Part shown: piece after piece, positions 52,527-63,013 of the stretch
Layout: each line of letters begins with the position of its first letter
Numbering within the stretch: the first letter of the stretch is position 1
Assembly (NCBI GenBank): GCA_965113315.1
Contig: OZ220363.1
Direction: 5' to 3' (one strand)
Source: Podarcis vaucheri
Lineage: Eukaryota
Length of the DNA: 64,000 nucleotides
Made by a program: the position numbers and the translations under genes
Notes under the pieces: model-generated
Seen by the model: only the letters and a program-made list of their open reading frames with translations
The model's database searches: none
Told to the model about the DNA's origin: nothing

Positions 52527-52858
52527 NNNNNNNNNNNNNNNNNNNNNNNNNNNNNNNNNNNNNNNNNNNNNNNNNNNNNNNNNNNNNNNNNNNNNNNNNN
52601 NNNNNNNNNNNNNNNNNNNNNNNNNNNNNNNNNNNNNNNNNNNNNNNNNNNNNNNNNNNNNNNNNNNNNNNNNNNNNNNNNNNNNNNNNNNNNNNNNNNN
52701 NNNNNNNNNNNNNNNNNNNNNNNNNNNNNNNNNNNNNNNNNNNNNNNNNNNNNNNNNNNNNNNNNNNNNNNNNNNNNNNNNNNNNNNNNNNNNNNNNNNN
52801 NNNNNNNNNNNNNNNNNNNNNNNNNNNNNNNNNNNNNNNNNNNNNNNNNNNNNNNNNN
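52527..52858. other. assembly gap (332 N)
   Basis: Run of n characters. Confidence 1.
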
Positions 52859-53149
52859 CCTCCTGTTCTGGGAGTTTCTGGTTGGAGTCCAAAATCCTTC
52901 GATTGATGTTTATAAAATGGTCTTACTTCAGCTTATTAACTTACGCTGCAGATCAAATAAGAAATGTTTTTCCACAGTCTTTCTGTTAGAAGCTCTTCAA
53001 AATCCATTCTCCCTACTCCTCCCCCATGAGCTGTGCTTGCATGGCATGAGATTTAGAAATGTCTGTATCGCATGTACTTTAAAGTATATGTTGCGTCTCA
53101 TTCATTATATTTACTTTTAATTTCTGAAACATAAGCAGTACGTTTCATA

Positions 53150-53850
53150 GTTCACATTTTAAAAAAGGTGCTGTTTAATTGTGCAATTTAAAGCAGGAAA
53201 AGCTAGCTGATAAATCCTTCAGCCTTCTCTTTTCTTAAAAAATATTTTCGTAAAATAGGGCATCATGAGTTCAGAAATGTGAAAACACACAGCAACAGAC
53301 CGAAGAAGGAACACTTTGCATTATTTATTGGCTGCATCATTAATATTTAAAGAAAAACTAGTCATTAGTTAAAAATTAAAGCAGATGAGGGCCTTGCCAG
53401 CAGAGGGAGCAGTCATGTCTTCTGTCAGATTCCCATCATTTCCCCACCTATTTCATCTTTTTTCCCAGCCAGTCTCCCATCTGGACCTAGCTTTGGCAGC
53501 CTGTTCCTGATGACAGGCTATAATTTTATACTCAATAAGGGATTAGTGTAAACTGATTGTAAAATTCAGTATCTTTAACCTACCATTTGATTACAAACAT
53601 CAGATGGATGCTCTGCTTGATATTTGCTTGTTGGTGATTGCATATGTAGGCAAGTCGCTGTTTGGTCCTCTATGAATTACTTAATTCCCTCCTTTGAGGA
53701 AGCAGCAGAGATATATAGCTATTTCAAATGCAGCACATTTCTTATATTTAAACTGAATCAGAAAGAGGTATTTGGTTTCTAACAAGAATTCAGATTTCCC
53801 AAAGTCATTCTGCCTCTAATATGATTTCTGTCTTTGAAATGCATAAAAAA
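53150..53850. promoter_or_regulatory. candidate conserved enhancer in intron 7 (PAX6 downstream regulatory region)
   Basis: No recognisable TE; TAAT-rich with TGACAG/CTGTCA and TGATTG motifs; the mammalian DRR maps to the 3' introns of ELP4. Confidence 0.4.
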
Positions 53851-55038
53851 TTAAAATTATAACTAGTAAAGCAGTATTTCTATTCTACCTTGACTACAGA
53901 AAAAACCTGTTCAAAATATGCTACATTTTTCAGACAACTGACAAAGGTATCCAACCTTCTCTTACTCAAGTGTCTTGTCTGTAGTATAAATTAAATATCA
54001 GTGCTAAGGATGTTTTCTTGGAAGAGAGTTCACTTGAAACCAATAGGATTCTCATATCCATCCTTCTTTATTATATACGTAAAAAAAAAAATATGTTGCA
54101 AACAATGCTGGAAGCAATAACACTGATTGGATGAACTTTTGTTCATATTGGAATATAAATTTTCATAGCTCAGTAGTAGCAATCTGATTCCATTTTTGGT
54201 TAAAGTAGAACCCATTCCTTTTTGTATTGGACTGACTTTTCCCAAAAATCCCCCCATCCCTACTAAACCTAAAGGTTCCCCTTCCTTGGCCTAGTCAAAT
54301 ACTGAGGTGCATGCACAATATTTAAATCATATGACCTACATATAATTTAAGAAGACGGCACACGTGGAATAGAGAAACCAAATTTTTGTCCTACATTTTG
54401 CTTACATGGCCTCAGGCAAATGACTTGATTATTATTTTCTGTATCTTTAAGATGACAAAATGGCTTATTCTATCCTGTTACTGTGTTTTGTAACCCTGAC
54501 TGTGTAGTACGTTGCATTTATTAGTAGTTTTACTCCAAAAGTTAGTGTGCTTGCTGTTTTTCTTAATCTGTTATTGCCTCCATAGATCAAGTTGTACCTG
54601 GACCAAATTACAATTCAGAACTATTGCCCTCTTCATCAGATACATGAAGGGTTATTATGTGTTGGGGAGGAGTGTAACCAGTGAAGTGAAAAAGAAATGA
54701 AATGCAGACGGTATGAATAGAGATAAATATATTATTAACAGTAACTATTCACAATAAACAGTTACTGTTGATAACACAGATGTCCTGGCATTGGCACATG
54801 CGGTGCAATTTTTTTTAAAAAAAAAAACTTTGTCTCAGTTCAGTCTTTATGATTTGCAATTCAGCAGTTTCATGTTGCAGTCTTTCTTTGAAATTCCTTT
54901 ATTCAAGGATGACCTTTTTAAGATCAGTTACAGAGATGTGTGCCCACTGGTTTTTGGATATTGCTATTTCTGATGCCAGAAGACTGACCTGGTTGTCCTC
55001 TGTAGAATGCAGATGGTGGCCTACATCATGTTGGAAGC

Positions 55039-55780
55039 TAGGGTTGGGTGATACCAGCTTTTCAACATCACGGTGTATCGCCAGCCAAACATTGCGGTTT
55101 GGCAATATACTGCAATGTTGAAAAAACAAGCTGCATTGGCCTCTGCCTGGGAGGCCCTTGGGGAAACTGCCCCAGCTCTCACGGCAGGAACTGAGGCTAT
55201 TTCACCCAGGCACTGGGACAACACAGCTTGTTTGCGCAGCTCAGCTGGGGAGCGGGAGGATTCCTGCTCTCCAGCTGAGACAGCCCCAGTGCTCCTGCCG
55301 CTCACACAAGAGCGGGCAGAGCATCAGGGCTCCTTTAACTGCTCAAAGTGGGGAGCTCCAACCACACTCTCCTCAGCTGAGCAGTTTCAGGGAGCCCCCC
55401 CCCCCCTCCGGCACATCAGCTCACAGGAGCCAGCACCAGGCTGGGGGCTCATTTAACTGCTGGGCTGTGGTAAGGGCAGCTGCACACTCCTCATCCGAGC
55501 AGTTTAAAGACGCAGAGGGAGGAACAAGGTGTATTGGCACCTTGCTGATACAGCTTGTTTCTCCGTCTTCATTGTATGAGGGCGGAGTGCAATGGCAGTT
55601 TCACTCAGTGATATATTGCTGGTGAAACTGCCGCTGCTCCTGAGTCCCTCTGCTAGCAGTGCCGCTGGTAGAAGGAACCCTAGCGGCCACGACCAGCAGA
55701 GGGACTCAAAAGTGGTGGCATTTTCCCCAGCAATATACAGTACCGCTGAGGGAAGTCCTCGGCGATATATCGCCCAGGCA
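55039..55780. mobile_element. GC-rich non-autonomous hAT-like element
   Basis: Ends tagggttgggtgata ... tatcgcccagg resemble TAGGGCTGGGCGAT-type hAT TIRs; repeated subterminal caatatac motifs. Confidence 0.55.
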
Positions 55781-55898
55781 AAAGCTGATCAAGTGAATGA
55801 ACACCAGATACTGTGAGTGACATTTGGTTCTGCAGTAGTGTTGCCAGATTAGACATGGGGACGAAACTGAGCATCGGGATGTTATCCCTGTCTTTGTA

Positions 55899-56844
55899 CA
55901 GTGGTGCCTCGCAAGACGAAATTAATTCGTTCCGCAAGTCTCTTCGTCTTGCGGTTTTTTCGTCTTGCGATGCACGGTTTCCCATAGGAATGCATTGAAA
56001 ATCAATTAATGCGTTCCTAGGGAAACCGCCTTCAGACCAGGTCCGGGGACAGTCTGTCCCCGGACCTCTTCTGAAGGCTGGGGGGGGGGACAAGGGCTTT
56101 TCTTTCCACCCCCAGCATTTAAAAAAACCCCGGGACAGCGGAGGACTTCTCCGCTGTCCGGGCGATCTTAAAATGCTGGCGGGCGGCATTTTAAAATCGC
56201 CCCGGACAGCGGAGGACTTCTCCGCTGTCCGGGGCGATTTAAAAGCCCCTGGGAAGGCAGGCAGGGGGGACAAAGACTTTTGCTCCCCGCCCGCCTTCAG
56301 AAGAGGTCCTGGACCTCTTCTGAAGGCGGGCGGGGGGCCAAAGTCTTTGCTCCCCCCCGCCTGCCTTCAAAAGGTGTCCCCGCTGCGGCGGGAGGTGTCC
56401 CCTGCCCCCCCGCCCGGCTTCGGAGCACCGGGAGAAGCCATCTCCCCGCAGCCCCTTGCTTCAGAAGAGGTCCGGGGGAAGCGGGGAAGCGAAGCGCTTC
56501 GCTTCCCCGCTTCCCCCGACGTCTTTTGCAGCAAGGGGCTGCAGGGAGATCACTATCTCCCCCTAGCCCCTTGCTTCAGAAGAGGTCCGGGGGAAGCGGG
56601 AAGCGAAGCGCTTCGCTTCCCCGCTTCCCCCGGACGTCTTTTGCAGCAAGGGGCTGCAGGGAGATTGCTATCTCCCCGCAGCCCCTTGCTTCAAAAGAGA
56701 AGACCCGCTGTCCCCGGGGCAAGCTTCGTTTTGCGAAGCAAGCCCATAGGGAAATTCGTCTTGCGAGGGAACTCGAAAACGAAAAAACCTTTCGTTTTGC
56801 GAGTTTTTCGTCTCGCGAGGCGTTCGTCTTGCGGGGTACCACTG
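55899..56844. mobile_element. Tc1/mariner-type MITE, family B (long, CpG-rich, internally duplicated hairpins)
   Basis: TIR cagtggtgcctcgcaagacgaa / ttcgtcttgcggggtaccactg, TA TSD; ends match 27112-27390 in reverse orientation. Confidence 0.9.
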
Positions 56845-56879
56845 TATATCTGTTATGTTGCCTGTTGTTGCTGGTAATC

Positions 56880-57055
56880 TATGATGCAACTGCATTTGGA
56901 ATACTTTGTACAGTTCTGGTCACCTCACTTCAAAAAGGATATTGTCGAGTTGGAAAAGGTTCATGAAAGAGCAACCAAAATGATTGAAGGGGTGGAGCAA
57001 CTCCTGTAAGAAAAGGTTGCAGCATTTGGGATTTTTTTTTAGTTTAGAGACAAGT
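56880..57055 (+). mobile_element. CR1 ORF2 C-terminal fragment
   Basis: Encodes HLEYFVQFWSPHFKKDIVELEKVHERATKMIEGVE. Confidence 0.8.
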
Positions 57056-57789
57056 TTGTATTATTCTTTGTGGAACTATGCTTGAATACCTCTCAGAAAA
57101 TACTGCTGCTCATGTTCTGAATGGGCTCATCTTCCTGGAACATGAGACCCTGCCTTTATTGTTAAAATTGTACTGGCTACCAGTCTGTACCCAGACTCAT
57201 TTACTGATACTGATTATCTAAGGCCTAAATGGTTTGATACTATGATACATAGAGGACTAAGGAAACCTTGTATTACCTTTGTCTGGGGTATGTCAGTGCT
57301 AGAGCAGTGTTTGGGAATTTGTTGCCTTCTAGAAGCTGTTGGACTCCAACTCCCATCAGCCCCAGCCTGTAATAGCCAGTAATCATGGATATTAAGAGTT
57401 AGTTCGGCATTATCTGGAGAGGCATACATTCACTATACTCTGCAGTAAAAAAAAAAAAAAAAGCTTCAGTGTGACTACTTCCAGATTGTGGAAATCTGAC
57501 TCAGGAGAGACTCTGGCTGAGTTTTACTCGCTGGAAAACCCACTACTTTCTCCCCTTTACTGGACCACAAACACAAACTTACTTTGTCTCTCCCCCAACC
57601 TCCAACACTCATTCTCTTCTCCCACTGGAGAAGATAGGCAAGGAAGCAACACACATGCTTAGCTTTTAGGAGAAGTCTAGCCAAAGCTGGCTAGAAAAAT
57701 TTTCTTCTACCAGCTTTCTCCCATTCACAGTTTGCAGAATCCAATACTACATTAGCTGCCTTGTAGCTCTTTCTTCAAGTGAAAGGGCA

Positions 57790-59030
57790 GATATAAGTAC
57801 ACTAGAACCAATCTCTACAGAGAAATGCTTCTTCGGCATCTATTCAATCTCCTTTGTGGTACCCCCAAAAGATGACGTCTCTTGGAGAGCCATCCTGGAC
57901 CTAAAATTTCTGAACCAATAGGTAACCTACAGGAAATTCAAAATGGAAATTCTTTGTCTGTCAAACTCAGCAATGTCCTAATCCATCACAGATTCCATCA
58001 TAGTGAAATCCAGCATCAACAGACAAGGAGGCACCCAATTTTGGGAGCTTCAGGCAGAAGTATGTCTCTTCCTCAGCTGGACAGAACACAACATCCAGTC
58101 AGCCGCAGCCAAGCACATCTCCAGTCTCCTGGACATGCAAGGAGACTGGCCAAGACTGCAGGAAAATGGACCAAGCAAAATGGCAACTGCATTCGGCAAT
58201 TTTCCATCAGCTTCTGTCAAAGTTCAGCCAATGCCATGTTTGCTTCAGACTAGAATCATCAGCTCCCACGGTTCTTTACCAGATTGCCCCACTCTTCCCA
58301 TGGCCACCAGGTCTTTTCTTCCCTCCACTTCCCATTATTCTGAGGGTCCTCCAGAAGATCAGAGAAGAGCTCCTCATCACACCATTCTGCATTCTGGTCT
58401 TGTTGTTATTGGTTCCCTCAAATACTCCACCTGGCAGTCTCCTCTCCGTGGTACTTACCTCACAAATCTCCTGTCTCAGGACCCAGTTCTTTATCTGGAG
58501 CCCAACCAGCTCCAGCTGACTGCGTGGAGTTTGAACGATGACTCTTTACCAAGCTGGACTTACCTACAGATTTCTTTGCTACACTCCTACACTCCAGGAG
58601 GCCCTCCACCATCCACTAGTACCAATCTGCCTGGGAAACCTTTCAGCTCTGGTGTGCAACCACAATACACTTCTCCAAGAAAGTGGAAGTTTTCCACTAT
58701 CCTTTCCTTTCTCCAGGATGGCCTTGGCAAAGGCCCTCACTCAAATACCCTCAAATGGCAAGCAGTGGCTCTCTCTTCCATCCTGCTATAACCACCCACT
58801 GCCCCCCTCTCATTCCATCCACTCTTGAAATGATTCCTTAGAGAGGCAGCTCTAAAGTGTTCCCTGACCAGCCACAGATTCCCATCCAGGAACCTCCACA
58901 AGCCTCCCTTTGAACCACAAGGGGAGGTCTCCTTCAAGGTCTCATTTGTAGTGGCTATCATTTCAGCTCGCAGAATTTCAGAACTCAGAGCTCTGTCTAC
59001 AGCCAAGCACCTCTGCGCCTTTCAAAGTCA
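57790..59030 (+). mobile_element. DIRS-type tyrosine-recombinase retrotransposon relic (internally deleted)
   Basis: In order: RT N-terminus YSISFVVPPKDDVSWRAILDLKFLN..FKME; RNase H INRQGGT; MT-like PLPIILRVLQKIR; YR FLQDGLGKG..NTLK and PFEP..FVVAIISARRISELRALS. Confidence 0.85.
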
Positions 59031-59514
59031 AACGCATCTGATAGCCTGGTTGGGTCTAGTTATTAATAACAATAACAACAACAATAATTAATAATAAAGA
59101 ATATATAAAAAATTACTAATAAAGAATAATAATAGTTTGTTTGGATTTTAGTAGATATCAGTGTTTAGTATCATTACATGTAGGGTTAGTTTGGATGTAG
59201 TAGTACTGGCCTGATTAACAAATCATAGTTTATTAAGCTACAAACAAGTGTCATCCCCTCCTTACATACCAGTTTTGCTATTCCTATCCTGGCTGGTTTA
59301 AACCAGTTTCTCATTGCATCTGAACAAATAAACTGTTGTTTAATATCAGCTTCCTAACTAATATAGTTCAAAAACATCTGGTTCTTTATTTGAGGGTATG
59401 TATTGTATCATTCTCAGTGTCTCAGTCACTGGAAATGAGAGAAAAGCAAGTTTTATTCTGATCAGTTGATCACAGCATAAGTATAAGCTACTCAAATGCA
59501 GATTATTTCATGTA

Positions 59515-59731
59515 CAGTGGTACCTCTGGTTACGAACATAATTCATTCTGGAGGTCCATTCTTAACCTGCAACCGTTCTTAACCTGAGGTACCACTTTAG
59601 TTAATGGGGTCTCCCACTGCCACCGGCGCACGACTTCTGTTCTCATCCAGAGGTAAAGTTCTTAACCTGAGGTACTACTTCCAGGCTAGCGGAGTCTGTA
59701 ACTGAAGTGTCTGTAACCCAAGGTACCACTG
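59515..59731. mobile_element. Tc1/mariner-type MITE, family A (diverged)
   Basis: cagtggtacct / aggtaccactg TIR, TA TSD; same orientation as 17327. Confidence 0.85.
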
Positions 59732-60209
59732 TATTTCTTACCAGGATAGAAAGGCCTTGTTCAGTCCTTATTCAGGAAGAATGAGCTCAGTTAGTAAGTA
59801 TTGAGAACAGGGACTCAGGTGGTTGTTGCAATGGAGAAAGTACCTCGTAAAGAGAGGGGGAGTTGTTTTTAAAAACAGACTGTTAACTTTAGAAAATGAG
59901 GCCTCTGTGGTTATCAACTGCATTCTGAAAATACCTTAACCGGGGGAGGGGGGGCCTGCAATAGAGGATTTGACAGCTGGTCTTACAAGAGCAAATGGCT
60001 ACATATTAAGATTGGAAAAGAGTAGCTTCTGTTAGCACTGCCAAGTTATAGGAAAGCTTTTTTGGAATGTCCTAGGAACAAGGAACTCTCCAAGACTTGA
60101 GCTGGATAAATTTATGGAGGGTATCTTAATATTCTATTTTATTCAGTGCAGAATTCAGCGGCCAGATTGCTCACTGAGACAAGAAAAAATTGAGTATATA
60201 ATGCAAATC

Positions 60210-60700
60210 CTGGCCTGACTTGCAATGGCTGCCAATTAGTTTCTGAGCCCTTTGACCTATAAAGCATTAAACAGCTCAGGACCGCAGTACCTCAAGAAAC
60301 GCCTCTCCCCATACAAACCAATGCAGACCTAACTAAGAGAGCATTCCACAAGTGTGGAGCCACCACAGAAAAGGCCCGTTCTCGTGTGATCATCATCTGA
60401 GACCCTTCTTTGTGTTCCTCCTTCACAAGAGGTCTGGAGGGTAGCATATGAGAAAGGGCCTTTTCTGTGTTGGCTCCCCACTTGTGGAATGTTCTCTTAG
60501 GGAGGCTCGCCTGGCACCTTTGTTGCATATCTTTAGTCACCAGGTAAAAAGATTCCTCTTCTTCCATGCCTTTGGCTAATTAAACAATCTACAGCCTTCT
60601 AAGCTGCGGGGAGGACAGTATTTATGTCTGTTACTATGGTATGCATTTCTGTGTTTTCATATTGTAAACCACCCAGTGATCCTCAGATGAAGGGCAATTT
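60210..60700 (+). mobile_element. L2 3' fragment containing an inverted duplication
   Basis: YKALNSSGPQYLKKRLSPY..., RAFSVLAPHLWN; L2-type 3' end tgtaaaccacccagtgatcctcagatgaaggg. Confidence 0.8.
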
Positions 60701-61139
60701 TATCTTTAAATATACTTTTGAGGTCATCCTTTGGAGAGATAGGACATCATTATGCCCCTAGAAGCATATTATTATATATATTAGCATTCCCTTTTGGAAC
60801 ATTAATAACAGGAGCCAGAAAACAGATTTTTTAACCACTTGAACCTCCTACCTGTAAACAGAGGGGGAGAGTGAGCCCTCATAGTTGAAATATATCATAA
60901 AAACCTATTGGGCATCCCCCCCCCCCAAAGCAGAACATTTCAATCTGCATATTAATCTGAGAATTGTAAGCCAGTAGAGCTTTGAGCTCAAAACCAGCAG
61001 CTTCCTCAGGTCTCTGTCCTTGTTAACCTCCTACAGAAACAGTAGCTTGAGGAATCTGCTCTTGGTGGTGAAGCATGAAAGGAGGTCCCTGGATTCAGAC
61101 ACTCCCACATCCCACTGCAGCCCTTCCCTTCCCTAGGAG

Positions 61140-61730
61140 ATTACCTCAGGACCGCAACACCTCAAGGACTTCAATACTTCTCCTCATATGAACCTACCCA
61201 GACCCTGCAACCATCATGTGAGCCCCTACTTCATGTGCCTCCTCCATGAGAGGCCTGGAAGATGGCAACATAAGAAGAGGCCTTTTCTAGAGTAGCTTCC
61301 CATTTCTGGAATGCTCTTTCCAGGGAGATTCGGCTGGTGCCTTCATTATATACCTTTAGGCACCAAACCAGTGGCGTAGCGTGGGGGGTGCAGGGGGGGC
61401 CGGCCGCACCGGGCGCAACATCTGGGGGTTAGGGGGCGCAAATCCATGGGTTAGGGGGCGCAAATTACTTGCCTTGCCCCGGGTGCTGACAACCCACGCT
61501 ACGCCACTGCACCAAACAAAAACATTCCTCTTCAGCTAGGCCCTTGGCTGATTATGATCGGATACCCTTTTAAATGTGTTGTGGGGGAGGGGGTTATAGG
61601 TTTGTTTCTGTTCTTGTTTTTATTATGTATTTTGTATTTTTTTTAATCTTGTATTTTTGTATTGTGAACTGCCCTGAGATCTATGGATGAAGGGTGGTTG
61701 AATGAATGAATGAATGAATGAGTGAGTAAA
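61140..61730 (+). mobile_element. L2 3' fragment with (TGAA)n tail
   Basis: Homologous to 60210-60700; ends tgtgaactgccctgagatctatggatgaagggtgg(tgaa)n. Confidence 0.75.
61369..61509. mobile_element. young hAT MITE inserted in L2
   Basis: Perfect 17-bp TIR cagtggcgtagcgtggg / cccacgctacgccactg; perfect 8-bp TSD caccaaac. Confidence 0.92.
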
Positions 61731-61732
61731 TA

Positions 61733-61931
61733 CAACCCTGCTCCCATTTATGCGTTTTCAGTATGTGCATTGCGTAAACCCCAGAAGTGACCCTTTTCTA
61801 GAGGCGGAATGGTACGGGGCGGGAAAGGGTGTTTGCAGGTTTTTAAACAACGTTTCAAATATACACAGTTTTACTGATGCACGTAGTGGCTCGGAATGTA
61901 ACCCCCATGTAAATGGGGGTGGCTGGCCTGT
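61733..61931. mobile_element. old Tigger-like MITE
   Basis: TA-flanked; arms cccatttatgcg / catgtaaatggg. Confidence 0.45.
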
Positions 61932-62470
61932 AAATAAATAAATAATAGTTGCATCAAGATCTGCATCCCAGATGTGTCCACCCAGCAGTATCCTTTTGCA
62001 TGTGTGGATCTGAAGGAATGAAGATATTATTGTTTACAAAATGGGAAATTAATATTCATTAATGACTGTTCAGTAATTTGAATATTTAAATATAAGAGTC
62101 CTAAGCTTTTGTGTATCCCAGTTAATCTACCAAAACTTATTCTTTTCTGTACAATATGTGTTCGTGTTCAAGTCTCCCACTGACATTTGCTTGCTAGCTT
62201 GCTTATTAATTAAATTTGTATGCCACCCTTTATCTACAGATCTCAAGTTAGTTCACAACATACAAATACAGTATGAAATACCGGGTAAAAACAAGAACAG
62301 AGAAAACAATAACCCCCCCACCCCCTCTCACAAAAGAATATCGGATATTAATCAGCCAAGAGGGACATTCTCACCTGGCGCCTAAAGGTGCCTAATGAAG
62401 GTGCCAGCCGAACCTCCCTGGGGAAAGCATCTGGGGAGAAATGAATAGAACTTGAAAATGCTTAACTTTA

Positions 62471-62642
62471 GCCTGGTTCACATGGCACCTTAAGCCAAAC
62501 CTTGACTCAGCTCAGAATGGTGTAGCTGCAGAAAGGACTGGGGAGAGGAGCAAAACAGCTATGAGTTTCTCTCTGAGAACCCTTTACAATTGTGCCATCT
62601 TGCCAAGCCAAGCTTTGTCTTGGTGTGTTGTGCAAACCAGGC
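62471..62642. mobile_element. palindromic MITE, possibly Harbinger-like
   Basis: TIR gcctggttcaca / tgtgcaaaccaggc. Confidence 0.5.
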
Positions 62643-62904
62643 CTTTGAGTGGATTGGATTATGTATGTATACATAACGCTTCCTTCAAACTATAATCTAA
62701 TTTTAATAATAAAAATTACATTAGAAAACATTACAGTGTATTCTCTGGCAGAGGAGAGGTAATGCTTCTCACATTTTCAATAATTTCTAGGTATTGATGA
62801 CCTATTTTTCCTTCAAATTGTCATTGAGAATATAAAGGGCTGCTCTTTGAACCTTAATTATCTTTTTCATCATAGGTTGTGCATTTTGTTTCCATGTTTT
62901 ACAG

Positions 62905-63013
62905 AATAAAGCAATTATGGAACGTGTTACAAACTTGTCAGATACGGTAGTTGGTCTTGAATCATTTATTGGCTCTGAGAGAGAAACCAATCCATTATAC
63001 AAGGATTACCATG
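62905..63013 (+). CDS. ELP4: ELP4 coding exon (exon 8 equivalent), 109 nt
   Basis: gttttacag| ... |gtaagt; encodes [36 protein letters not shown]; phase 0 in, phase 1 out. Confidence 0.97.

Noticed and set aside
52503-52892. 129-aa ORF
   Set aside because: Spans the N gap
55073-56966. Long overlapping ORFs (127-234 aa) on both strands
   Set aside because: Artefacts of GC-rich, palindromic MITE interiors; low-complexity products with no recognisable domain
62905-62910. AATAAA at the start of exon 8
   Set aside because: Encodes the conserved Asn-Lys; no evidence of use as a poly(A) signal
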